Positions 29,338 to 44,041 of a stretch of 64,000 bases of DNA are shown piece by piece (position 1 is the stretch's first letter; each line of letters starts with the position of its first letter). The notes under the pieces are model-generated. The model did no database searches. It had not been told where the DNA came from and was given only the letters and a program-made list of their open reading frames with translations. Location of the stretch: assembly GCA_951406725.2 (NCBI GenBank), contig OX597826.1, positions 55,924,001 to 55,988,000 of the forward strand. The letters are read 5' to 3'. This DNA comes from Octopus vulgaris (taxonomy: Eukaryota). The position numbers were made by a program, and so were the translations under genes.

Positions 29338-29963
29338 GAGAATAATTCCAAGTTCATCTCCAATGATTCTAGTATTTTGCAATGCCATGTATAAGCAGTA
29401 GTCACTAGTGGTAGATGTTGTTGTGCCCCTCGTTCTGGTTTTTGCTTATTACCAGATCGAACGTTACCGATCAGACTTATGATAAAAATAGTCCAACCAT
29501 GAGCATCCCGTCTTTCCCTTATGTACAGGAAACCAGACCCAAGTTACGCAACGTGTATATTCTAATACAGTAGACTATGTGTGCATGTACCTTGGTGTAA
29601 CCAAATGTGTGTATGTTTGAGGGATGTATGTGCGTGTGTTAGTGCGTAGACTATTTGTTAGGGTGTTGCAGTCACAATCTCGAGATCATAGCTTCAATTT
29701 CTGGACCACGTGGCCTGTTGTATTCTGGAGCAAAAACACTTCATCTTGCGTTGCTCTACAATCATATCAACACCTTACATGTACATCGCGGTGTACACCA
29801 GTTCGGACACCGTCGGTTTGATGGAATGGGTGAGCTAATGTAAAAGTACATACATTTGATCGCTATAAGCAAATCCTTTGAGCCAGTCGTTTGGCTTGAA
29901 ATTGCAAAGCTGTGTTTCTCAGACCAGGAGAAACTACCATCATTATTATACACATATTAGCAA

Positions 29964-30411
29964 GCGAGCAAGCAGAATCGTTAGCACTCAGGGCGAAATG
30001 CTAAACGGTATTTCGTCTCTCTTGGCGGCGAGCTTGCAGAAACGTTAGCACGCCGGGTGAAATGCTTAGCGGTATTTCGTCTGCGTTACGTTGTGAGTTC
30101 AAATTCCGCCGAGGTCGACTTTGCCTTTCATTCTTTCGGTGTCGATAAATTAAGTACCAGTTACGCACTGGGGTCGATGTAATCGACTTAATACCTATGT
30201 CTCTCCTTGTTTGTCCCCTCTGTGTTTAGCCCCTTGTGGGTAATAAAGAAATAGGTATTTCGTCTCTCTTCACGTTCAAATGCCACAGGGGTCGACCAGC
30301 CTTTTAGCCATTCGGGATCGATAAATTAAGTACTAGTTACAAACTAGGGTCGATGTAATCGACTGGTCCCCTCCCCACAAATTTCAGGCTCTGTGTCTAT
30401 AGTAGAAAGGA

Positions 30412-30412
<1 letters not shown>
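29964..30412 (+). mobile_element. Nested SINE family B: younger copy (30024-30253) inserted into the head of an older copy
   Basis: Identical 17-bp TSD GGTATTTCGTCTCTCTT at 30007-30023 and 30254-30270. Confidence 0.85.
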
Positions 30413-30484
<72 letters not shown>

Positions 30485-30514
30485 CATTATTATTATTATT
30501 ATTATCATTATTAA

Positions 30515-30730
30515 GGCGGCGAGGTGGCAAAATCGTTAGCACGCTGGGTAAATGCTTAGCGGCACTTAGTCCGTCAGCACACTCTGAGTTCAAATTCCAG
30601 AGGGTCGACCTTACCTTTCATCCTTTCGGGGTCGATAATATAATTACTAGTTGAGTACTGGGGTCGATGGAATCGGCTAGCCCCCTCTACCAAAATTTTA
30701 GGCCCTGTGCCTTGAGTAGAAAGGATTATT
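30515..30730 (+). mobile_element. SINE family B, short-tail subfamily
   Basis: GGCGGCGAGGTGGCAAAATCGTTAGCAC head, Meta-like domain, tail GCCTTGAGTAGAAAGGATTATT. Confidence 0.8.
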
Positions 30731-30770
30731 ACACACACACACACACGCACACACACACACATACATATAT

Positions 30771-30993
30771 ACTCTTTTCCTATCTTACTTGCTTCAGTCA
30801 TGTGACTGTGGCCATGCTGGAGCACCGCCTTTAGTCGAGCAAATCGACCCCAGGACTTATTCTTTGTAAGCCTAGTACTTATTCTATCGGTCACTTTTGC
30901 CAAACCGCTAAGTTACGGGGACGTAAACACACCAGCATCAGTTTTCAAGCGATGTTGAGGGGACAAACACAGACACACAAACATACACATACT

Positions 30994-31035
<42 letters not shown>

Positions 31036-31206
31036 CATATATACGACGGGCTTCGTTCGGTTTCCGTCTACCAAATACACTCACAAAGCTTTGGTCGGCC
31101 CGAGGCCATAGTAGAAGACACTTGCCCAAAGTGCCACGCAGTGGGACTGAACCCGGAACCATGTGGTTCGTAACCAGGTTCCTCACCACACGGCCACTCC
31201 CACGCC
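30771..31206 (-). mobile_element. SINE family A, full length
   Basis: Reverse match to family A; internal (CA)n(TA)n spacer. Confidence 0.9.
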
Positions 31207-31400
31207 TATATATACATATATATATGTATAATAGACACAGGCACAGACACACACACACACACATACGCACACGCACACAAACAAATTTGTATGCTTATGT
31301 GTGTGTGGGTAAGTATTTATATGTTTGCGGGAATGTATTCAGTGCTTGTGTTTTGTTTGACATTGTGTGTGTGTGTGTGTGTGTGTGTTTGTGCGCGCGC

Positions 31401-31438
<38 letters not shown>

Positions 31439-31539
31439 TTGTGTGTGTGTGCGCGTGTGTTTTGCACGTGTTATCGTTCATCATTCCATGTAGGCAACTG
31501 TAACAACGAATAACCTGCCACCGATACTGCAGATATACA

Positions 31540-33680
<2,141 letters not shown>

Positions 33681-34198
33681 TAGTGGTGGCCGCACTGTGA
33701 TGGAATGGAAGAGGTGTGTTGCACTAATAGCGGCTGTGTTTGTGCACGCTATAGTGAGTAAAGGTAAATATCCAGAGGTGCTTACAGTGTGCTTGTTGTT
33801 CGACCGCAGCTCAGTTCTAGTCAAGGAGACACCTTCAAAGGAATTCCAATCGTGGCTATCCTGTCTTTATCCTACGTTCAGGAGGCATAAGACACCATTA
33901 TCTCCCTTCTCTCTTTAGCTATCATATCCTGGATGTTCCACTGAGTTTGGATGGGAATGCTGGAAAGGCATCTCCACTAGCGACAACACATGTGCCTAAA
34001 ACAATTACCGAAGTATGGTACATGTTACTAAATGATGGTTACTTGTGAATAACGGCTATGGTTCTTGATTTTGCCTTTTAAATGGCATTAGCGTATAATA
34101 TGACGAAAACTTGGCTCTCGCTGTGTAATGGTTCCCAGTGGTATAAGAACTGATTGTGATTTTAATGGTGTTGGTGCTCCCTTTTGATTGTACTATTA

Positions 34199-34527
34199 GG
34201 AGCACTCCGTCGGTTGCGACGACGAGGGTCCCAGCTGATACGATCAACGGAACAGCTTGCTCGTGAAATTAACGCTTAAGTGGCTGAACACTCCATAAAC
34301 TCGTGTACCCTTAACGTGGTTTTCGGGGTGATTCAGTGTGAGACTGTGTGACAATGCTGGCCCTTTGAAATACAGGTACTTCTCATTTTTGCCAGCTGAG
34401 TGGACTGCAGCAACGTGAAATAAAGTATCTTGCTCAAGGACACAACGCGCCGCCGGGAATTGAACTCACGACCTTACGATCATGAGCCGAATGTCAAGCC
34501 CCTAACCACTAAGCCACGCGCCTTCAC
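34199..34527 (-). mobile_element. tRNA-derived SINE (family C) with 11-bp TSD
   Basis: Head GAAGGCGCGTGGCTTAGTGGTTAGGG..GTGAGTTCAATTCCCGG; TSD TTGTACTATTA at 34188-34198 and 34528-34538; 3' tail shared with 57536-57923. Confidence 0.85.
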
Positions 34528-36152
34528 TTGTACTATTAATGGCAGTATTGTTATGCCTTTGAGTAAGGAAAGACCTCATAGAGTGGATGTAAGACCGAAA
34601 CAGTTCCCTCTCTTCTATAATATCTGGAACTATACAGTCCAATATATCTTTGTTTAAGGTATTAGGATGCTGTTTGAAAGTTCTGCCTGTTATTTCTTGC
34701 AGATTGGCGCAGACCCTAACAGTTATCTTGCTTTGATGGTTTAGATTATCCGTTGTGATATATTTAGTTTGGAATATATTTAGTTTGAACAGTGCAGTTT
34801 CTTGTAGTAAAAATAATACAAGACACATTGGTTTGTTTTCAATAGTTTAGTATCTATAACAATTATTGTACCTACCGGACTTTTGCACAACCGGCTCCCT
34901 ACTCTATGAGTACAGTTTCTCGTCTGTAATACGACTGCAAAGCAATTTAGCACTGGGAATCCGTTGTCTGAGTTCTAAGATTTTGAGCAGTGGGGTATCT
35001 TAGTCACTATTCTTTCCAGGTCTCCTCTACCACAAAATAGTAGCATCTATCAGAGCCGCAGCTATGGGCCAGTTAACATACAACGGAATTGCCACTGGAC
35101 AATAACTCACTGACACCCTCAATGGACCCAGGGCTAGTAAGGCCCTTCAGCTCTTTAGCTGCTCATCTAAGAGAAGATAAATGCTGTACATTGATAACTA
35201 CTGGACTCGTGGCACTTGTTGCACTAGATCAATATAAGTTTGAAGGACGAGGGCGTAGGACTGGCTCTACACAAAGCATAGCCACTATCATAATATTCGT
35301 CGTGCAGGTTGTTTGTTCATCACACCAAATCACTAGTACTACCACAACCACACTTTGAGAACACTGTGCAGTTGTGTTATGCTGAAATCTAATTCGTCGA
35401 AGCGACGTGAGTGCATTATATATGTGTGTATTTGTACATATATATATATATATATATATATGTATTAGACATGCCACATATCAAAACGGGCTGCGCGCCA
35501 ACATACTCAGTAAAATTGAAATGAAGTCCCTAACGAACCTCTCTCTCGAGCGTTTCGCGCTCGATACCATTTCTTTCGAATCCCTTACTCCCATCATAAA
35601 CTGATTTTACTTCATGTTGAACATTCTAGGGCGGAGTTTGCTATCCGTTTCCAACGTTTGCACACATGTATAATGTATCTGTACACATTATCGATGGCCG
35701 CGGACTTTAATAAGTTCATCCAGACTTTGTTTTTTCATCCTGCAGGGTATCCAATCACCTTTCTCACTAAGCTAGCTTAGTAGGGTTACCAGTTTGGTTG
35801 ACGACGGTTCGACAGTGAAGCTGGTTGTACTGGATTACGTGTTACCAGTAGCGTTCAAAAGCGACCTGACCTATTCTGATAGGAAAACCTGGAAGCAAGG
35901 AATCTTTGACGAAGTGGGGATGTTCGAACGAAAAGCAAACGAGTGGTCACGGATAAGATTATCATTAAAAGACAATCCCGTCGACCCTACCGTTCCTCAT
36001 CTAGTCTATGAAGCCTATGGCTGCATATATCTGTCTTGCACCGGCTTGATGATCCATCAGAGAAGGCAAGCAGAAAGACCTGTTACAAGCAACAACGAGT
36101 TCTTTGTTGGGTCCAACCATACATCCACTGCCTGCCAGAAAGCGTGTATAAA

Positions 36153-36751
36153 GGCGGCGAGCTGGCAGAAATGTTAGCACGCCGGACGAAATCTTGGCGG
36201 TATTTCGTCTGTGTTCAAATTCCGCCGAGGTCGACATTGCCTTTCATCCTTTCGGGGTCGATAAATTAAGTACCAGTCACGCACTGGGGTCGATGTAATC
36301 GACTTAATCCCTTTGTCTGTTCTTGTTTGTCCCCTCTGTGTTTAGCCCCTTGTGGGTAGTAAGGAAATAGGTATTTCGTCTGTCGCTACGTTCTGAGTTT
36401 AAATTTCGCCGAGGTCGACTTTGCCTTTCATCCTTTCGGAGTCGATAAATTAAGTACCAGTTACACACTGGGGTCGATGTAATCGATTTAATCCCTTTGT
36501 TTGTCTTTGCTTGTCCCCTCTGTGTTTAGCCCCTTGTGGGTAGTAAAGAAATAGGTATTTCGTCTGTCGTTACGTTCTGAGTTCAAATTCCGCCGAGGTC
36601 GATTTTGCCTTTCATCCTTTTGGGGTCGATAAATTAAGTAACAGTTACGCACTGGGGTCGATGTAATCAACTTAATCTTTTTGTCTGTCCTTGTTTGTCC
36701 CCTCTGTGTTTAGCCCCTTGTGGGCAATAAAGTAATAAGAAATCAGAAACA
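36153..36751 (+). mobile_element. SINE family B three-unit stack with 16-bp TSD
   Basis: One head, with junctions AAATAGGTATTTCGTCTG at 36370 and 36554 (184-bp period); TSD AGAAAGCGTGTATAAA at 36137-36152 and 36752-36767. Confidence 0.9.
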
Positions 36752-36968
36752 AGAAAGCGTGTATAAATTGTTCAGGTTTATCAAGGCTCATGGAGTACAC
36801 AGAGGAAACTCATCAGAATGATCAGGAACAACCAAGAAGTTAGAAAAATTGGAAGAATTTCGATGGATGTCGAACTTGTAACAAATTCTGTAAATCGCAG
36901 GCAGGATTCACGAGTCATTGTCGTTCTCACATGTAATGGTGCAGTACACTTTATTTAGCCAGCCATGG

Positions 36969-37068
36969 NNNNNNNNNNNNNNNNNNNNNNNNNNNNNNNN
37001 NNNNNNNNNNNNNNNNNNNNNNNNNNNNNNNNNNNNNNNNNNNNNNNNNNNNNNNNNNNNNNNNNNNN
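36969..37068. other. Assembly gap (100 N)
   Basis: Run of 100 N, probably a fixed-size scaffolding gap; contiguity across it is unverified. Confidence 0.99.
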
Positions 37069-37764
37069 CCAAAGTCATTCCATTCACTATCCCTTTTAAT
37101 AGATATTGTAAAGATTATCAAATACATCCTTTTTTAAAGGCTGGCAGTGATAACATGATGGAGAATTTGCAGATATTTCTAGGATATCGAGGGAGCGCCG
37201 AGAGATCCATCTTGTTGCTCTTATTGTTCGTGAGGTTTAACCCCAGGCTAACTCTGAACCTGCAGACTTGTGGTCAAAAATTTACCAATTGTGGTTTTTC
37301 GTATATCATTCACTGATATTTCTTTCTATGTTTATAAAACCGTGGGTTATGTTTTGAGAGAGAGGGAGAGACTTAGCTGCTATTTCTAACCAGTAGGAAA
37401 GCTATGTAGTGTGTGTGTACGTGACGATAAAATAAAGTACTTATCGAGTACCGGGATTGATATGATCGATTATTCCCTTCTCAGAATTGCTCGTGTTGAA
37501 CCAAAATTAGAAAAACTATTGTCCTTAATGTTAGGGACAGCGAGCTAACAGAATCGTAAGCGTGTCGAGCAAAATCTTTACTGGTATTTCTTCCGACTCT
37601 TTACATTCTGAGTTCAGATCTCACCAAGCTCAAGTAAGAATTTTATTTTTTCAGGGTCGTACTGGGGTCAATAGTATCTTCTGATCCCATCCCCTCAAAA
37701 CTGGTGTTTATTGTCTTTTACCATTCGAGTAATACAGTTGGAAGAAGTTCTACATTAATGATAT

Positions 37765-37957
37765 ACGAAGGGGTGCTGAAATGTTCCTGGTTTTTAGGTT
37801 ATCTCGAAAGGCCTAGTTTTAGACTTAACATTCTGAGTACTTTTACAGGGCTTAGAAAAACTGAGGGACTGTTGCAATAAGTGAATGAATCTGAGAGGGG
37901 AATATGTTAAATAAAATCATAATTAACTGATCCTTCTGTATTTTCTTTTACCCAAAG
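37765..37957 (+). mobile_element. Mariner-derived non-autonomous remnant
   Basis: TACGAAGGGGTGCTGAAATGTTCCTGG TIR-like start and AATAAGTGAATGAATCTGAGAGGGGAATATGTT (mariner C-terminal KC..LRGEYV). Confidence 0.55.
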
Positions 37958-37959
37958 AT

Positions 37960-38770
37960 AACATTCTCGAAAAAAGTTTAGGCGTCGAGAATGTGAGAGC
38001 TAATGTCTTTCGGGTCGCTTTCGGGCCGAGAACTATCATGGATAACTTTCGGAAATCCCTCCCCTGACGGTGCAGTCGAGGAACACTGCCGGTTTGAGAT
38101 AAACCCTTCAGGCATGGAAGTGCCAAAGGTGGGTCTACTCGGACAAGGGGCGACAAAACCGTACCGCACGCACTCGTGCAGTGCCCGAACATTGCTTGTT
38201 GAGTTATGTCGCTTAGCAGGTGCCGTTTGTAGGACGAATCCGACTAGAAGCTGAGTCCATCGTGATCACCCCACCATCCTCTTTTCACAAGGATGAGCAG
38301 ACGGTGTTCCTACCTGAGTAGTGGCTACGGCGAAAGAGATTGTGTGGTGGACGAAGCAGAAAGGATTGCGCAAATACACCTCGCTCTTCAGTCAAGCTCC
38401 TATCGACCTTCTTTAAATACATCCTGGAAAGAAATGTGATTGCGGAGGGGAAAGCTCTCACTCCAAGTTAATTTGTGAAAAAATAGATGATAGCGGTAAA
38501 AATGGTTAGGGTGAATGGACCTGCTCTGAGCATGCTCTTGTAGACTTGAGAGAACTTGGTCAAGAATTCATACCATTGGAGGTCAGAGTAATCCTGGATC
38601 TATGAGTTTCCTTGACTAACCCGAGCTGGAGATTCTCCTGTATCAAGCGGACAGCATCATTCTTGTTTTCACATGATTTGTATACAACGTATAATTTTAT
38701 CTTATTTCATAATCTTTTCCCGTTCTTTCTCCTTATCTTTTATGCAAATTCTTGTGGCAAATAAAAGAAG
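37960..38770 (+). mobile_element. Degenerate L1/Tx1-clade LINE 3' fragment (zinc-knuckle region + 3' UTR)
   Basis: Frameshifted reading gives RCSRGTLPV*DK..RHG and KTVPHALVQCPNIA (LP....L / ET..H.L..C motifs of the L1/Tx1 C-terminal CCHC domain); ends TTGTGGCAAATAAAAGAAG. Confidence 0.6.
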
Positions 38771-38791
38771 TCATTATTGTTACTGTTACTC

Positions 38792-38930
38792 CTTCTTCTT
38801 CTTCTTCTTCTTCTTCTTCTTCTTCTTCTTCTTCTTCTTCTTCTTCTTCTTCTTCTTCTTCTTCTTCTTCTTCTTCTTCTTCTTCTTCTTCTTCTTCTTC
38901 TTCTTCTTCTTCTTCTTCTTCTTCTTCTTC
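38792..38930. repeat. Perfect (CTT)n microsatellite
   Basis: About 46 uninterrupted CTT units. Confidence 0.98.
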
Positions 38931-39217
38931 AAATCAGGACTCGCCATTAGCCACAAAGAATAATCTCTAATTCTAGCCTTCTCTAAGCTACTAAGAATGT
39001 TTGAGGCAACTTGAAGATCCACCCACCACACGCGATAGGCTGGCGGTTGCACGGGCGCGAAAGCTACGTTGTTATTCTCATTCCGTAAACGGTGGCTTTT
39101 AACGGGTGGAGAGCTGAACCATCCTGGGGTACAGAGGATTCGCAATTTAGACTAGTGTCTGAAAGTTTACCACACCATAGTGGATTACACCATGGTTCGT
39201 TCCTCTGCTTTGTGACA

Positions 39218-39411
39218 GAAGTAGGAAGAAAGAATGAGAGAAAGTTGTAGTGAAAGTGTACAGCGGGGTTCACCAACCCTCCCTGCCGGAGCCTCATGGA
39301 GCTTAGATGTTTTTGCTTAATAAACACTCACAATGCCCAGTCTGGGAATCGTAACCGCGTTCCTACGACCGCGAGTCCGCTGCCCTAACCACTGAGCCAT
39401 TGCGACTCCTC
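39218..39411 (-). mobile_element. SINE family C (tRNA-Arg-like head), 3'-truncated
   Basis: Reverse match to 57536-57735 (GCAATGGCTCAGTGGTTAGGGCAGCGGACTCGCGGTCGTAGG). Confidence 0.8.
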
Positions 39412-39657
39412 CACTGTTGTCGTTGTCAGGGCAGCGTGCTGTCGGAATCGTGATTAAGCCGGACAAAATATTTAGTGACACTTCTGTCGGCTCTTTACGT
39501 TCTGAGTTCTAATTTTGCTGACTTCGATTTTGCCTTTCATCTTTTTGAGGTCGATGATATAATTACCAGTCATGCACTGGAGTCAATGTAATCGACCAAC
39601 CCCCTCCCACAAAATTTCCGGCCTTGTGTCAATAGTAGAAAGGATCATTATCATTAT

Positions 39658-40042
39658 TATTACATCCGCCTAGGCGAAGGCGGGAGTATTGTTTTCAGTC
39701 GTTTTTGTTTCTTTGTTATTTTTATGTCCGTGGACAAGATATCTCAAGAACCACTGGATAGATTCGGATGAAACTTGCAGGGATGTTTGGTCTCGAGACA
39801 GGCACGAACTACTTAGATTTTGAGATCGATCCGGTACCGGACAGGGATTCTGGATTATTTTTCCTGTTTTTTTTTTTTTTTACTTAATTTTTGAGAGCGG
39901 TCGGGTTCATTTTTAGTATTCTCGTTTGTGAGAGGAGTCGAGTTTATCTCAGATATTCTCATTTTAAAAATCATCTCCGGCTAATCGTTGAGAGGACGCT
40001 GAAATTGACTTGTCGGAGGTTTGCGCTCTGAATGCTCTTGTT
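39658..40042 (+). mobile_element. Helentron-associated non-autonomous element (HINE/DINE-1-like)
   Basis: 5' TTACATCCGCC followed by nearby inverted GGCGGGAG, T-rich GTTT/GTCC tract, GGATGAAACTT core, 3' subterminal TCGGAGGT and terminal stem-like GCGCTCTGAATGC before TT. Confidence 0.55.
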
Positions 40043-40104
40043 GTTGTTGTTGTCGTTGTTGTCGTCGTTGTTGTCGTCGTCGTCGTCGTTGTTGTTGTTG
40101 TTGT

Positions 40105-40332
40105 ATGAAAACACAGCTTATTTTTCTGGATATGATGGGAAATGTCAGTTGTCTACAGCCAGCAGGCTAAGATGACACTTGTTTACTGATCGTGCTTCAA
40201 GAACCCTGCAAAGAATTCTTGCAGTTCCAAGCAATGCTGATTTTTGTAGGTGTTCTACCTTCACACTTGCGCCAATCTTTTTCAGCCATGTTGGTAGTTA
40301 AGTTTTGATACTCCAAGTGCACCAATCAATAT
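40105..40332 (-). mobile_element. Second Dong/R4-like RLE LINE 3' end, degenerate
   Basis: Minus strand IGALGVSK..PTWLKKIGASVKVEHLQKSALLGTARILCRVLE, homologous to the C-terminus at 14376-14520. Confidence 0.75.
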
Positions 40333-40495
40333 TTATATCACGTCTGCTCTCTTCAATGACCACAACCCTCGTATTTCCCACTTCAAATCGTCATAGTTGT
40401 TTGTTTTTTTATTGTTTATTTTTTCTTCTTCATTTTCGTATTTCCCACTGCAACTATGAAAATGAAGAAAAATTATTCATAAAAATTACTACTTT

Positions 40496-40557
<62 letters not shown>

Positions 40558-40581
40558 TTATTATTATTATTATTATTATCA

Positions 40582-40651
<70 letters not shown>

Positions 40652-40856
40652 CATTATTATTATTATTATTAGGCAGTAGGCTGGCAGAATTGTTAGATGA
40701 ACGAAATGCTTAGCGCTACGTTGAGTCCAAATTCCGCCGAGGTCAACATTGCCTTTCATCCTTTTGAATTAAATACCAGTGAAACACTGGGGTCAATGTA
40801 ATTGACTCGTCCCCCTGCTCCAAAATTTCAGACCTTGTGCCTTTTGCAGAAAGAAC

Positions 40857-40920
<64 letters not shown>

Positions 40921-41184
40921 GTCATTACTAGTGTTGTTATCATTATCGTTCTCTGAGTTCAAATTCCACCGAGGTTGGCTTCGCCATGTATCCTTTCGGG
41001 GTCGATAAAATAAGTACCACTTGATCGATGCAATCGACTATACCCTAATATTTCCGGCCTTGTGCCAAAATTTGAAATCATTATTGCTGTCAAGTACTGG
41101 AGTCGGTGTCGTCGACCTAACATCCTCCGATAAACAAAAAGAAAAAATACATTTCGTTTTTTTTGTGCCTATAAAAGAAAGGAT

Positions 41185-41566
41185 TATTATCACCATCATC
41201 ACCATCACCACCATCATCATTACTATCTTCATCATCATCATCACCATCACCATCATCACCATCATCATCACCATCATCATCATCACCATCATTATCATCA
41301 TCATCATCATCATCACCACCATCATCATCGCCATCATCCTCATCATCATCATCACCATCACCACCACCGTCATCATCGTCATCATCACCATCGTCATTAT
41401 CATCATCATCACCATCACCATGATCATCATTATCATCATCTCCATCATCATTATCATCATCATCATCACCATCATTATCATCATCACCACCACCATCATC
41501 ATCATCACCATCACCATCATTATCCCCATCATCACCACCACCATCATCCTCATCATCACCACCACG

Positions 41567-41600
<34 letters not shown>

Positions 41601-41617
41601 TCATCACCACCACCACC

Positions 41618-41679
<62 letters not shown>

Positions 41680-41680
41680 T
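41185..41680. repeat. Degenerate (CAT/CAC)n array
   Basis: Direct reading. Confidence 0.9.
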
Positions 41681-42450
41681 TTTTAAATTTTTGCTATTGT
41701 TCTTTTGTTGTTGCTGCAGCTGTTGGATAAATTGTTTATTGAATGTTGTTGCTGTTTTCTTATCACGTTTCTTTTCTTGTATTGTTTTGTTGTTTTGTTT
41801 TTTTGTGTTTTTTTGTTTGTTTGTTTTTTTTGACGTTATCGATATCCACGGTCGCTATTGTTGTTATTGTTGTTACTGATGTTGTCGTCTTGTCGTCGCT
41901 GTCCTTATCAATTCAACCATCTTTATTACTGCTGCCGTTGCTCGCCTTATCAAAATATCACCGCCATAACACTGCCATATCATCATTATATCACACAAGT
42001 ATTTCATTTATTATATTCCTGTCATATCAACAGATGTCTTTACATTTCATTTCCTTTTCTTCATTTTTTAAAAATATTTTTTTATCTTTTACGCATTTTA
42101 TATCTTGTTTTATTTATATTTTATATATTGTTATTTTTTCTCCTTATGTTTCACCTCTTTCGTTTTCCTTTATTAACGTCTTTCTACTTAATTCATTCTC
42201 TTATTGTCTTTCTTTGTATTTTACTTGTTGCAGTCATTGTACTACAGCCATGGTGGGGTACAGCCTTGAAGAGTTTAGTAGAACAAATTGACTGATCCGC
42301 GCTAATTATTTTTTAAAATAAATTCGGCTCTCATTCTCTTGTTCTCTTTCGCCGAGACGCTAGGTTACGGGGACGGAAGCAATTCAACACTAGCTGTCAA
42401 ACAGTGGTTGGGCGACAAAAACAAAAAGACACATACACATTCAGGGATAC

Positions 42451-42569
<119 letters not shown>

Positions 42570-42571
42570 TG

Positions 42572-42772
42572 TCTCTTTATTAGCCACACAGGGCTGAACA
42601 CAGACGGGACAAATTACAAAGTAGAGCTTTTCTTTTTGGGGAGGAAAAAAATATGGGGTAGGTTTTCGATGAAAAGGGATTGTAAAAAGGGAAGAAAAAA
42701 AAGATCAATAGGGATCGTGTATCACAGAAATGTCATGATATAAAGTGTAAGGGGGAAACAGATACGGTTTAG
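42572..42772 (-). mobile_element. Probable LINE 3' UTR fragment between (GATA)n and (GACA)n
   Basis: Minus-strand end TTTGTCCCGTCTGTGTTCAGCCCTGTGTGGCTAATAAAGA resembles the SINE B tail; the upstream part is unrelated to the SINE. Confidence 0.5.
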
Positions 42773-42821
42773 GCAGACAGACAGACAGACACACAGATAG
42801 ACAGACAGACAAACATATAGT

Positions 42822-42868
<47 letters not shown>

Positions 42869-43596
42869 CAACACGACGAGCATCCACACAGTTTCCTTTT
42901 TTTTTGTCTTTTCTGTAATGATCAAATGCGTTCCAGTAGTGACCACCCTGTTTTTTCTGTTTTGTTTTCTTCTTATTTTTTTAGGTATATATATTAACCT
43001 TATCGAGTCCGATAACATAAGTATCAGTCATGCACTGGGGTCGATGTAATCGAATTCTCAAAATTTCTCAAAGCTTTTTCTATTTTATGCTAAAAGAAGA
43101 AAGAATTATTCATAAGGATGGGGATGGAGTTGTATGGAAAAATCCAAGCGGTGCTCCAGCATAGCCGCAGTCAAATGAATGAAACAAGTAAAATAATAAA
43201 TGAATATCTATTCCTTTTCTTTGTTAATTTCCGAAAGAAACGATTCTGAGCTTGAAATATTGGTTTCAATTTTTGGCACAAGGCCAGTAATTTCGGAGGA
43301 AAGTCGATTACATCGACTCCAGTGCTCAACTGTTACTTATTTTATCGACCCTGATATATATGTATATATATATATATATATATATAAACAAGAAGGGTAG
43401 TAATATTATTTACTACCAGGTGCCTAGCACAAAAGACGAATTAGTCATAAGACAAAAATATTATTCATATAGAAAAATATTATTCATGTAGTTATACAAT
43501 TAAGGGCTCCTAAATAAAGATGCCAAGTGCTGGGAACACAAAAAGGGGATGAATTTATCGAGAGTGAAAATCAAAAACGTTTACCGATAACTTTAA

Positions 43597-43674
43597 CAAC
43601 TCGTACCGCGGTTTCTGCTTCTTTCTAGCAAAACACAGAATATGTTTGCTAAGGCCAGCTTCATCAGCGAGTCG
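43597..43674 (-). ncRNA. Type I hammerhead ribozyme (copy 1)
   Basis: Reverse complement of 44538-44615. Confidence 0.85.
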
Positions 43675-44041
43675 CCTGAATTTAATCGAGGTCTGCAGCG
43701 ATGTGGGACTATGTGTTAAACCCGACTACTAGCAGATCTTAACTTTTCAGATCTCTGCGCAGACGCAAAATTTACACGGGCATGCCGGGAAGAATTTTAC
43801 GAATAAATTCATCATGTAGTATGCGAATATAAACAAGAAGGGTAGTAATATTATTTACTACCAGGTGCCCAGCACAAAAGACGAATTAGTCATAAGACAA
43901 AAATATTATTCATATAGAAAAATATTATTCATGTAGTTATACAATTAAGGGCTCCTAAATAAAGATGCCGAGTGCTGGGAACACAAAAAGGGGATGAATT
44001 TATCGAGAGTGAAAATCAAAAACGTTTACCGATAACTTTAA

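Noticed and set aside
36918-37316. 132-aa ORF
   Set aside because: Spans the 100-N assembly gap.
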